From Thraustochytrium aureum (lineage: Eukaryota): a DNA stretch of 20,000 bases. Under the pieces are notes generated by a model. The model was not told the DNA's origin. It was given only the letters and a program-made list of their open reading frames with translations, and did not search any database. Position numbers and translations under genes: made by a program. The stretch's first letter is position 1. Each line of letters begins with the position of its first letter. Below, piece after piece: positions 6,706 to 16,375 of this stretch. The stretch is taken from contig BLSG01000402.1 in NCBI GenBank assembly GCA_012862495.1, positions 655,835-675,834 on the forward strand. The letters run 5' to 3'.

Positions 6706-8988
6706 TTATGGCCCAGGGCTCGCATGCTGCACCGAGTCGCCGTCAAGGATGGGCCATTGAAAGCCGCCGGAAAAGGCGGCCAGCGAAGCCTTGGCGTCTA
6801 ACGTCGCGCCGCCCTCGAGCAACACAACCTTGGGGTTGTCTGCAACAAGCAACTGCCAGGACGCTGACTCAACTCTGAGGTCGAGGTGAAGCAGCTCTCG
6901 CTGCACGGCTTGGATTGAAATTGTGGGCCGGTACGCACGGCACGCGTCCTGCAGCGAGCGGTACCGGACAAAGTCCACCAGGAGATCCATTAGCTTGCGA
7001 CCCAGGCCAGGGGCGCGCTCGCGCAGCCTGAAAAAAAAGCTGTGAACGCGCCTCTCGATAGCGCTTTGCACGGCAAGCGCGTGGCGCACGCCGAAACAGT
7101 CGCGTACGTCTGAAGGCATCGCTGCCAACAGGCCAGATAGCTCAGACTTGGGCTGCCCATACTTGTAGTGAATGTACAAGAGGTACAGAACGTTGTAGCC
7201 TGCAAACTCTTCCCTGCCCGGCTCCTTGCCGAGCTCGGGCTCGAGATACAAGTCCTGCAGCTGCGTCATGCACTGGTTAAACTCTTTGAGGTCAGCCTCC
7301 TCAAGCGCGATTCTCGCGTGCGCTTCGTAAACCTTGACAGTGAACTGGTTCTTGATGTGCTGAATGGTCAGGTCCTGCCGAATCGACTTGAGCTGCTCGC
7401 AGATCCAAAGGTACGCGCACCCTGGCACTTCCCTTGCCTCTACCCGCTCACGTGAGGCTCGGTTTTGCGCCGACTTGACCCATCGCTCGACCGCCCAGGC
7501 CAGTGCGCGCTCAAGCACGTCTTGCGGGCGGACAGTGTCTGGGTCTGGAACCCCGGTGAGGCGCAGGTACCGCTTTTCAAGTGTCTGACAGGTTCCCTTG
7601 ACTGCAAACGAGCTCAGGTCCAGCTCCTCGCCTTCATCTTGAGCGCGCCGCATCGCTCGGTGCACCATCCGCGCCTGCCGCGTCGCTGCGAGCGGGTCGA
7701 ACGGCGTGCTGGACGTAGCCATCGCCGAATCTCGCGAGTCTGCTTCAAAGCGAGCTGCGCGCCGGTTGCGCGCCTGGATTTCAGCTCGCGTCAGCTCCCC
7801 GCCTTCATTCCCTGATCCGCGCTGCTTTCCCACGGGTCTGTCTCTGCCAGGACGCAGAGGAGCGCCAGAGTCACGGCCGTGAGAGGCGTACTGCCCCCAA
7901 CGAGGGCTTTTCTTCGTTGGGCTGCCCAACGCGTCGCCCCACGCCGACGTAGCCACGGTCTCGGTTGGCCGGTCTACCGCCGGTGCATTCTCCCAGCGCC
8001 GCTTTCGTGGGGCATCGCGTCTGCTGGCACTGTTGCTCTGCTCCCGTTGCGCTAGGATCCTGGCCAGTGGCGTCGGCTCGGCGTCCCAGTCGTGCTTCCA
8101 AAGCTCGCCAGAGCGGACCTTGTGCTCTACAGCGCGCTCAAGTTCCAGTTCCATCTCTTTGGCAAGACCGGCTTGCTTGCCCTCTGCGAACGCGCGTTCC
8201 AAAAACGCTTTCAGCGATGGCGGCCAGGTCTGGGGTCCTGTGGGCGACGGGGTCCTCCTCGCTGTGGCGGCGGCCTCCCCAAGCCGGCTCGCTTCCGCCA
8301 GGTGCTGTTGGTGCTGCTGGCGCTGTTGGGGCGGCTGGACCTCGTTCCAGCTGCCCCAGCGGGGTCCATGGCCCCATCCTCCAGGCTGTGAAATGACCGT
8401 GGTGTCTACTTGGCTTTCGGCACCCCATTGCTGCTGGGCTACGTGCGCAGGCGGAGCAGGCTGGGGCGGCGCTTGTGCTTGCGTGGAAGCGATTTTATAT
8501 TGTTGGGCTGGCGTCGCTTGTTGGGCTGGCGTCGTTTGTTGGGCTGGCGTCGCCTGGTGGCTGCCAACTGGAGGCCACACCGCCGGGCGCTCACTTGGGT
8601 ATTTCAAGTAGTACTCTTCCCATTCCTGCAAACGTTTGTTGTACGCTGCCCACTGGGCAGCGTTGTCGGCGGCTTCACCAGCTTGGATTTGAGGTGCCCC
8701 ATTCTGTTGGTGATGCTGGGCCTGGCTCTGCCAAGTGCCGCGAGCATGCCCTCCATCCCAGGACCCCCACGCTTGGTGTTCCCACGAAGGTAGCTGGCTT
8801 CCACCGTGCCCACTGGCGCCAGGCGCTTGACCACTCTGTGAAATTCCAGTCCACGTTGCCCCGGCGCCCCTGCTGTACCCGGCAGAACTTGGGTTTTGCT
8901 GCTGCCAGCGCGCCTCGCGTTGAGCTTGCGCGATGTGTGTCGGCGGCCCTCGTGCCCAGGCCCCCTGCGCGTTTGCGCCGCGGTCCAT
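6706..8988 (-). CDS. LENG8: SAC3/GANP/THP3-family protein (LENG8/Thp3-like), 760 aa, with a Q/G/W-rich low-complexity N-terminus
   Basis: Family signatures WPPSLKAFLERAF, VKGTCQTLEKRYLRLTGVPDPDTVRP, ICEQLKSIRQDLTIQHIKNQFTVKVYEAHARIALE, EFNQCMTQLQDLY, EFAGYNVLY and RAYRPTI. Confidence 0.92.
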   Translation of the reverse strand: MDRGANAQGAWARGPPTHIAQAQREARWQQQNPSSAGYSRGAGATWTGISQSGQAPGASGHGGSQLPSWEHQAWGSWDGGHARGTWQSQAQHHQQNGAPQIQAGEAADNAAQWAAYNKRLQEWEEYYLKYPSERPAVWPPVGSHQATPAQQTTPAQQATPAQQYKIASTQAQAPPQPAPPAHVAQQQWGAESQVDTTVISQPGGWGHGPRWGSWNEVQPPQQRQQHQQHLAEASRLGEAAATARRTPSPTGPQTWPPSLKAFLERAFAEGKQAGLAKEMELELERAVEHKVRSGELWKHDWDAEPTPLARILAQREQSNSASRRDAPRKRRWENAPAVDRPTETVATSAWGDALGSPTKKSPRWGQYASHGRDSGAPLRPGRDRPVGKQRGSGNEGGELTRAEIQARNRRAARFEADSRDSAMATSSTPFDPLAATRQARMVHRAMRRAQDEGEELDLSSFAVKGTCQTLEKRYLRLTGVPDPDTVRPQDVLERALAWAVERWVKSAQNRASRERVEAREVPGCAYLWICEQLKSIRQDLTIQHIKNQFTVKVYEAHARIALEEADLKEFNQCMTQLQDLYLEPELGKEPGREEFAGYNVLYLLYIHYKYGQPKSELSGLLAAMPSDVRDCFGVRHALAVQSAIERRVHSFFFRLRERAPGLGRKLMDLLVDFVRYRSLQDACRAYRPTISIQAVQRELLHLDLRVESASWQLLVADNPKVVLLEGGATLDAKASLAAFSGGFQWPILDGDSVQHASPGP
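8501..8556 (-). repeat. Coding 18-bp tandem repeat x3 (Q[AT]TPAQ) within the LENG8-like gene
   Basis: Three near-identical copies of tgttgggctggcgtcg(c/t)t on the + strand; they translate as HQATPAQQTTPAQQATPAQQ. Confidence 0.85.
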
Positions 8989-9231
8989 GCCCGCACAAGC
9001 CGCGCGCGCGGCGCGAGCCCGCCAGGCAGGAGCTCGGTCTATCTACCAACCAGCCTGCCAGGTGCCTTAGCGACCAGGTGCCTTGCGGCGGCCGCGGAAG
9101 CGCTGGGTCGCCGGCCCAAAGCGCGTCTGCTCCCTTTGGATGTCCTTCTGCCACACGCCATACACAAGCGAACAGAGCCCGAACAGGTCCCGCAGGAAAG
9201 GAAGAGAAAAGCCCAACCAACTCGTCCTGCC
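8989..9231. promoter_or_regulatory. Probable compact bidirectional promoter region (243 bp) between the divergent LENG8-like and membrane protein genes
   Basis: Two long ORFs start back to back at 8988 (-) and 9232 (+). No specific promoter motif was identified. Confidence 0.45.
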
Positions 9232-10473
9232 ATGGCGGCCACGCAAGGGCGCCGACTTGTGGCACGGCTGGGACAGCAGGTGGTGCGCGGCCATGCTTCT
9301 GCTGGCGCCACGAGGGCACCTGCGCCTAACGGCTCGCGGGCGCGCAGGTGGTCCAGAGCCGCGGCCACGCTCTCACCTCTTGCTCCCGTGTTCCTTGGCG
9401 TGCCAGTCGTCTACTATGTACCGATGTTCGCCGAAACGCGCGAAGCCGTGTACATGGCCGTCAACTACCCCTACGACGTGCTGTACCGAAATGGGTGGGA
9501 AGAGGGCGCCTGGAAAGCGGCTGTCGGGCTCTCGGGCCTGACAGCGGCCTTCACCTCAGTGCGCGCAATCGCCATCAACGCGCACGTCATGAGCAACGTC
9601 GCAAGAACGGGTCTGTCACTGTTTGCCGGCGTCTTGACGGCCATGCTTTGCATCGATCAGAGCGGGCTGATCGTGTCTGCCGCGGTGCGCACCAGCAAGC
9701 TGTTCAAATACGGAATTGATGGCTTCATCGCAGACGTGGTCGGCAGACCGCCTGGCGGGCGGCCAGTTTGGGAAGAAAACGACAACATCACGAGACAAGG
9801 CATCGAGCTCTTGAAGGCGACTAGAGCCGCCCGCGCCGGTCCTGCAACAAGCATAAACGACGCAGCGGCCGCCAGGGAATCGCTGCTCGACAGCATCAGC
9901 TCATGGCCCTTTGATCGCGTAGCAGACGCTCTTCAGCAGGTGGAGAGTGGTGCGGACACGATCCTCGCTGATGCCGATGTGCAGAGCGAGCTCCGCGAGC
10001 GCCACCGCCGTCTCTTGGTGCGCCAGCTCGCAGAGCTCCGGCGCGAGCAAGAGCTGCTGCTTTCGCGGCGTGAAGCAACGCGGCTTCGTGCCGCCTCCGT
10101 GCTTGGCGACCGCTCTGAGCGGCTTCGTGCAAAGCGCGCCAACGACGAGCTCGAGGCGCGAGTGGCCGAGCTCGACGCTGCAAAGCAGGCTTTGAAAGAC
10201 TCGTGCAAGCAGGTGCACGGCACCAGACTTAGCACCGTCTGGGACGAGCAGCTCCAGGGCGCAGTGGACCGCCTAAGCGAGCTGCGTCTCTGTCAGCGGG
10301 ACCTTGCATACAGGGCGCACGGCGCGGGCGCAGACATGGCGCTCGTTCTCAGGCAGGAGCTTCGCGACATGGACGCCGAGAAGCGCAGGCTCAAGCGGGA
10401 GTCCAAGGAGGTATTCGGGGAGCGCATTGCGGGTCGCGCGAAGTCCGTTGAGCGCTGGGACCGTATACTTTAG
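9232..10473 (+). CDS. Uncharacterised membrane protein, 413 aa: putative mitochondrial presequence, 2-3 hydrophobic segments, C-terminal duplicated coiled-coil module
   Basis: First ATG at 9232 in gccATGG context. The first ~45 aa are Arg/Ala-rich with no D/E. Hydrophobic segments include LAPVFLGVPVVYYVPMF and GLSLFAGVLTAMLCI, followed by a charged helical C-terminus. Confidence 0.75.
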   Translation: MAATQGRRLVARLGQQVVRGHASAGATRAPAPNGSRARRWSRAAATLSPLAPVFLGVPVVYYVPMFAETREAVYMAVNYPYDVLYRNGWEEGAWKAAVGLSGLTAAFTSVRAIAINAHVMSNVARTGLSLFAGVLTAMLCIDQSGLIVSAAVRTSKLFKYGIDGFIADVVGRPPGGRPVWEENDNITRQGIELLKATRAARAGPATSINDAAAARESLLDSISSWPFDRVADALQQVESGADTILADADVQSELRERHRRLLVRQLAELRREQELLLSRREATRLRAASVLGDRSERLRAKRANDELEARVAELDAAKQALKDSCKQVHGTRLSTVWDEQLQGAVDRLSELRLCQRDLAYRAHGAGADMALVLRQELRDMDAEKRRLKRESKEVFGERIAGRAKSVERWDRIL

Positions 10474-10622
10474 AAAAGTAAGTTGACGCTGAGCCAGCTT
10501 CTCTTGATGTCCAGACCCATCTTGTTCATGCCCGAATGGGGTGTTGATTCTCCATGGCATGGGGTTAAAACTACGGAGAAAGTCTTTGAGCTCAGCTGCC
10601 TCCATGGGCAGCCAGTGGCGGG

Positions 10623-11120
10623 NNNNNNNNNNNNNNNNNNNNNNNNNNNNNNNNNNNNNNNNNNNNNNNNNNNNNNNNNNNNNNNNNNNNNNNNNNNNNN
10701 NNNNNNNNNNNNNNNNNNNNNNNNNNNNNNNNNNNNNNNNNNNNNNNNNNNNNNNNNNNNNNNNNNNNNNNNNNNNNNNNNNNNNNNNNNNNNNNNNNNN
10801 NNNNNNNNNNNNNNNNNNNNNNNNNNNNNNNNNNNNNNNNNNNNNNNNNNNNNNNNNNNNNNNNNNNNNNNNNNNNNNNNNNNNNNNNNNNNNNNNNNNN
10901 NNNNNNNNNNNNNNNNNNNNNNNNNNNNNNNNNNNNNNNNNNNNNNNNNNNNNNNNNNNNNNNNNNNNNNNNNNNNNNNNNNNNNNNNNNNNNNNNNNNN
11001 NNNNNNNNNNNNNNNNNNNNNNNNNNNNNNNNNNNNNNNNNNNNNNNNNNNNNNNNNNNNNNNNNNNNNNNNNNNNNNNNNNNNNNNNNNNNNNNNNNNN
11101 NNNNNNNNNNNNNNNNNNNN
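10623..11120. other. Assembly gap (run of N, ~500 bp)
   Basis: N characters in the sequence. ORFs that span it in the track are artefacts. Confidence 0.99.
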
Positions 11121-11372
11121 NAAGGATCCAAAACCGCTGAGCTGAGGCTCGCCAAGGTAGGCAAGCACTTCGTATAGCAAACATACGAAAACTCCACTAC
11201 ATCCGTGGCAAATTGTCGACGATCGACCACCCGCGGATCGAAATAGTTGCACCAAGCAACCGCTTGGTGGAGCTGCCGAAGACAACCAGCTGGAGCCTGC
11301 GTGCCCCTGCCACCAGTGGCCTTGATCGCGAGGGTCTCATTTCACAATCAAAAGAAAGAACAAACAAAATGA

Positions 11373-11512
11373 TCAAACAACCTCCCATCTTTTAGCGCTA
11401 CGTAGAGTAACACCACCAACCACATGGAGTTTCAAACAACCTCCCATCTTTTAGCGTCGCGTAGAGTACTAGCTAGTAACAACCCACACAAATGGAGTAC
11501 ATCAAACAACCT
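11373..11512. repeat. Imperfect tandem duplication: 59-bp and 70-bp units plus a partial third copy (TCAAACAACCTCCCATCTTTTAGCG...)
   Basis: TCAAACAACCT starts at 11373, 11432 and 11502. The first 25 bp are identical in copies 1 and 2, and CGTAGAGTA and ATGGAGT are shared. Confidence 0.88.
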
Positions 11513-11953
11513 TCGTGTGCCTTTCAGCTTCGCGAGGCGCCACGCCAAAGCCGAAAGCCAACCTGACCCCCTCGGGTGAAGTAGGAGTTTACAGGAACCA
11601 GATCCTACGCGTAGGGTCAATCTATCAGGTTGCCCAGGCTCCCAATGCGGATGGCCGAGTTGGAGTCCGCGCCCCCGACGCAGTCGGGGAGTGGATTCCA
11701 CTTGGCACTGTGCCCGGGACGCCGTTCCGCGAGGTCGGCTGAGCAGCCCGCACAATCTACACGATGACCCGCTCATAGCTGACGACGACGACGGTAAGGG
11801 GCTTGAGCGTTGCCGCCGCGGCTGTAGCGTTGCATGAAAGCGACGATTGGCGACCAGGCGCGGTCTGGGCCACTTGCGAGCAGCAGAAATTCACGAAACG
11901 TCAAGTTCGTTTTCTGCGTTTCCTTTCTACTAGTACCTGTATTTCTTTCCCCA

Positions 11954-12895
11954 TCACTTTTTACCAGAGCTAGCGCGGAGTGGCGTGTTGTCGTAGTCGC
12001 GCTCCACGCGCGTCTCCTCGGGTTCGTACTCGAGCATCCGGCGCCGGAGGTCAGTGAGCTGATCGGTTTTTTGCGCGAGCGTCTTGCGAAGCTGCATGAA
12101 CTGCTTGGATGTCTTGAAGGCGCTCGAGACCTGATCAAAGTCAATTCCACGCTCGCTGAGCAACAACTCGCGTGCGTCGCCAAGTTCGGCCCGCAACTGC
12201 GCTGCCAGCTCGCGTTCTGCGTCCAGCTCGCATTGAAGGGCAATCACGCCGTCGCCTGCTGGGAAACCAGCCCCACTGCGAGTCTTGCTTGCGTCCTTCT
12301 CCTCAGCGGCGCCCAGCTTGGCAGCCTCCAGCTGCCGCCGCAACGACTCGATCTCGTAGGTCGCGTTGGACATTTGCTGGTTGACTCTGTCGCGCTCGTC
12401 GTTCAGGCGCTCGGTATCTTCACGAAGGCGGCGCACCTGCTCCTCAAGGCGCAAATTTTGGTCAACGATGCGTTGCTGCTCGTCGCGCAGGGACACAAGT
12501 CGCCCAGTCTTGCGCGAGCCGTTGCCAACTGGGGCCTCAACACGGATCTTCTCCACCTCCTCGATAAGATGGCTGTCCTCAATCTTGGATGTGTCCATTT
12601 GTAGCTCTATGTCCTGCGCGTCAGCGTCCTCCAAAAGCTGTTGGATTGCCAGCACGCTCATGTTGACTGTCCGTCTCAGGTCCTCTTCAAAACTAGACTT
12701 GACGGAGTCGCCTAGGCTCCGCAAGATGTCTGCGGCCTCATCGGAGCTCAGCAGCGAACCCGAGTCGAGTTGAGTTTCAACTGCATCCGTAAAAAGCTCT
12801 TGAACCTCGGAGACCTGAACCTCGCGCTTGTTCCGAAAAAACTTGATGTACTTGGCGATCTGCTCGCGATGGAACTCACTCAATCGGTGCGCCAT
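11954..12895 (-). CDS. LZTFL1: Leucine zipper transcription factor-like protein 1 (BBS17), BBSome/ciliary trafficking regulator, 313 aa
   Basis: The N-terminus LSEFHREQIAKYIKFFRNKR, the middle NMSVLAIQQLL...LQMDTSKIED..LIEEV and the C-terminus FKTSKQFMQLRKTLAQKTDQLTDLRRRMLEYEPE follow the LZTFL1 pattern as I recall it. A central coiled coil is present. Confidence 0.9.
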   Translation of the reverse strand: MAHRLSEFHREQIAKYIKFFRNKREVQVSEVQELFTDAVETQLDSGSLLSSDEAADILRSLGDSVKSSFEEDLRRTVNMSVLAIQQLLEDADAQDIELQMDTSKIEDSHLIEEVEKIRVEAPVGNGSRKTGRLVSLRDEQQRIVDQNLRLEEQVRRLREDTERLNDERDRVNQQMSNATYEIESLRRQLEAAKLGAAEEKDASKTRSGAGFPAGDGVIALQCELDAERELAAQLRAELGDARELLLSERGIDFDQVSSAFKTSKQFMQLRKTLAQKTDQLTDLRRRMLEYEPEETRVERDYDNTPLRASSGKK

Positions 12896-14089
12896 CGCGA
12901 CACGGCCTCCTTGGGTTGCTTGACTGAGGCCGCCGTCACTCGCGTCACTCGCGCCACCTCACCTCCTCCTGATGGTCGATCAAACCCCAGCCTACTTGAC
13001 TCCGCCGCCTGTCTGCGTTGCTTGCAGCCTGCTGCACCGCCGCGCGAGCAAGGTCTGTCGTGTGCCTGCAACAAGAGAAGCATGACCGTTACGTCGCACG
13101 AACAAAACGAATGTAGTTTTTCTACGAGTCCAATGCACAGCTCGACAGGTCTGTGGCTGGACCAGTAGGTACTCGACGAAGTACTGTTCAGGCGGTAGGA
13201 GCGCTGCAGGCCTGCCAGGCAGGCAGGTGGGTGTCACTACTACTACTCGTGTACACACAACGGGCTTGGCCACTTAGTGAGCTATTGTAGATGCAGCTTT
13301 CTTTCAAGAGCTCAAGGCAGGCAGGCAGGCACACAACACCAAGACCGCCTGAGACGGGACGGCGGGAATATTCTCTGCGCGCGGCGGAGCGCAACCCCGT
13401 TCTATCCTCCCTCTTCTGCGGACGCTGCAAGACCGCTGCTATGCAATGCGACTTGTCGCTTTTAGCCGATTCTGGAGGAGACGGATGTGTTCCAGGTTGA
13501 TCGACCATGCTGGTTGACCTCGGCCCGCCCAGCGCAGAACGACGGCCAGAATGAATACCCACGACGCTAACAGCAGCGTTGAGCACTTCGGTTTTCAGAA
13601 TTATTGGCTTGGTGCACCAAGGCGCGAGTTTTGATTATTGGCCACGGCCTCAATCGTGTGAACTCTGACCGTCCCGTCGGCCAGGATTTGAAAGGCACTA
13701 TCTCGCGAGGTCCACGACGTCCGCCTCGTCGTTGGACTCGACGCACTGGTAGCAAAGACAATCCTCGTTTGCCGGTACTAAGCTCATCGAAAAGGCTCGG
13801 TTGGCACACGCGTGCGGTCTTCCGGCGCCAAACAAATGTCGTGACCTCTTTTCTGTGGCAGATTCCCACTCTATGAAGGCGTCGTGTAGTCTCTCTGCCG
13901 TACAACTTGTGACTTCGAGCAAACAGAACCCGAGTCAGGCAGGCCTCGGCGTGAACGGGCGGGCCGGCCCGGCCCTGAGACGCGCGTCAGTGGCAACCGA
14001 GTCTCGAGTGGCGGTTGTAAAGCCTTGCTGAGCACACTTGGTCGACGTCGTGTTTGACGGTTCCGCGCTGCTCGAGCACTGGTGCAACG

Positions 14090-15188
14090 ATGAACAAGGT
14101 CGCCGCATCAGTGACCACCGTCCTTGTTGTCACTGTTTTGGCGCTGGTTGGATTCACGTGGGTGACCGAGCGTCGCGGTGTCAAGGCGCCGCCATCGCTC
14201 GTATACGAGGTCCCGCTGGACAAGCTTGATGAGACGATCAGGAGCAAATGGGTGCAGCTCAGTGTGGACGAGGAAACAAAGGCTTTTGTGGACTCCTGCC
14301 AGCCCAACCCATTTCGTGTCTGGCTCGCAACTATGCTGCGTAAGGTGATGTCCCGCATGGACGCGAACGGCATCGCAGGCAGAGGCCAAATGTTTGTGCT
14401 GTCACGTGCCCAAATGTTGAGTCTAGTGCCTCGTATGACGCAGTCGGGCGGCGAGGCATTGTCGCTTCTGGACATCGGTAGTGGAGATGGTTCGATCGCA
14501 GAGCGCTTTAGCGACGTTTTCGCCCGCGTTGTGAGCACAGAGACGTCGTGGGTGATGGCCCGCAAACTCCGCAGCCGTGGTTGGGAAGTCTACGAGCCAC
14601 CTGGACAAGAGGTGCCACTGGAGCACTTTGACGTGATCACCTGCTTCAACGTCCTGGACCGCGCCGACAAGCCGCTCTCGCTGCTCGAGATGATGAGGGA
14701 TCGTCTACGTCCGGGGACAGGCAGGCTCGTGCTTGCGGTAGTTTTGGTAAGTCCGGTGGAGCACTCATTCGACGCGCCCGTGCGCGCAAAGGCTGACTGG
14801 CACCCGTTTGCCCACCGCGCAGCCTTGGTGCCCGTTTGTTTTGTCCGGTACTCAAAGGCTCATCCCAAGTGAGACCCTCGACATGGCTGGGGCATCATGC
14901 CGGCGCAAAGTCCCGCTTCAGACCTCTTTGCAGGCCCTCGTTGACCGTGTACTGGACAAGGTTGGACTTGAGGTCGTCTCAATCTCGCGCGTGCCGTACA
15001 TCTCTGATGGGAATCTTCGCCAGCGCTACTTCGTGCTGTCTGACTATATTCTGGTTTGCAAGCTTCGTGAGAGCCCAGTGTCACAAGCTCAAGATGTCGC
15101 TCATGAGCCTGAGTGCAACGCGGGCACGCGTGCGGGCGACTCGGGTCAGATGGCTGGTCAAGCGGGTGCGAAAGACAGCGCTGACTGA
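14090..15188 (+). CDS. METTL9: Protein-histidine N1-methyltransferase METTL9 (DREV family), 340 aa; exons 14090-14746 and 14823-15188
   Basis: Motifs DEETKAF, ANGIAGRGQMFVLS, LLDIGSGDG (SAM motif I), STETSWVM, FDVITCFNVLDRADKPLSLL and SRVPYISDG. Splicing restores the conserved VLAVVL|PWCPFV. The N-terminus has a hydrophobic signal/anchor. Confidence 0.93.
14747..14822 (+). other. Spliceosomal intron, 76 bp, phase 0
   Basis: GTAAGT donor at 14747, branch-like GCTGAC at 14792-14797, CAG acceptor ending 14822. Removal joins two METTL9-like frames in register. Confidence 0.9.
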
Positions 15189-15523
15189 CGCCAAGATTCC
15201 AGCCCCCATCTCACGGAGCTTGTTGGCGGGCGCAGGAGCTTGAAGCCCCGACCGACACCCTGTGGTTTTGATGAGCAGGATGTTCTTTTTGCAAGGCTTA
15301 CAAAAGCTTTTTGCGTCGCCTTCAGAAGTAGATTTGAGGGGTGACAGCCTTGCGACGCAAGCTAGCGTCCTTCGCCAGGCTCTTCGCCATCTTGAGAACT
15401 TTTGGTTGTGACTCCGGTTCCTGGTTCCTGGTTCCTGCGGGACCGGTCTGAGGTTTTCAGCACGCGGCTGATGATGGTCGCTCTGGTTTTTGGTGATTCC
15501 TTTTACTACTTGTTCACCTACCA

Positions 15524-16375
15524 ATGTACCGCTTGAATTCAGATGAAGTTTGGACGCAACGGAGCGTTGACTTTTGACGGCGATGCGGCCGGGGACCAGG
15601 TTGGCCGCTTGGTCTCGCTATCGTCGGACGGCAACAAAGTCGCAACCGGCGCGATCGGCGTGACCGGAAACGATGGGAAGGACGCTTCGCGGGCCAGGTT
15701 CGCGTGGATCGCTTCCTTGCTGGTGCCTGGACGCAAGTTGGTGCGGACATCAGCGGTGGGGCGACTTTCGACAACTCTGGCATCGCGTTGTCGCTGTCGT
15801 CAGATGGTAAAGCAGCCGCGATCGGGGCGAGTGGGGCCGACCGGGGAGGCAACGCCGCAGGCCACGTCCGCCTGTACAGATTCGTCTCCGGCGCTTGGAC
15901 GCAGCTTGGCGCTGATATTGACGGCAAGGCGGCCTTGGATCGTTCCAGCTCCTCAGTATCAATGTCATCGGACGGCAAAACGGTCGAGATTGGGGCGCTG
16001 AACAACGATGGGGCTGGCCTCGACTCCGGCCACGTCCGCGCCTACCGCTTACATTCGGGAGTTTGGACGCAAGTGGGCGCCGATATCAATGGCGAAGCGT
16101 CTGGCGACCAGTCTAGGTTTTCTGTGTCGTTGTCGTCCGACGGCAAAACGGTAACAGTCGGGGCACCCATGAACAGCAAAGCAGGCGCAAGCGCGGGCCA
16201 AGACCGGGTGTACCGCTTGTGCTCAGATGATGTTTGGACGCAACTGGGCGGCTAGGCGGCTGGTGACAGGTCTGGTTTTTCGGTATCGCTTTCTTCGGAC
16301 GGTAAAACTGTTGCGATCGGGGCTATTGCGAACAACGGGGCAGGCACCAGCGCAGGCCATGTTCGCGTGCACGGG
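15524..16375 (+). repeat. Five ~55-aa (~165-bp) FG-GAP-like coding repeats
   Basis: Recurrent TGGACGCA(A/G) and TC(G/A/C)GA(C/T)GG(C/T)AA blocks at ~165-170 bp spacing. The fifth copy lacks four codons and has a TAG where other copies have G-[DEK]-AA. Confidence 0.88.

Noticed and set aside
8896..9231. N-terminal extensions from non-ATG starts (8896; also 3122 and 14054)
   Set aside because: The context is eukaryotic. The first ATGs (9232, 3179, 14090) give sensible N-termini, and the 8896 extension would overlap the LENG8-like start.
10273..11285. Long ORFs spanning the N run
   Set aside because: They are artefacts of translating N as X.
11373..11512. CRISPR-like repeat-spacer appearance (25-bp identical repeats ~60-70 bp apart)
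   Set aside because: Only two full copies exist, the intervening sequences are homologous to each other rather than unique spacers, no cas genes are present, and the context is eukaryotic.
14747..14872. METTL9 ending at 14872 as in the ORF track, or a frameshifted METTL9 pseudogene
   Set aside because: A canonical 76-bp GT-AG intron restores the conserved C-terminal half.
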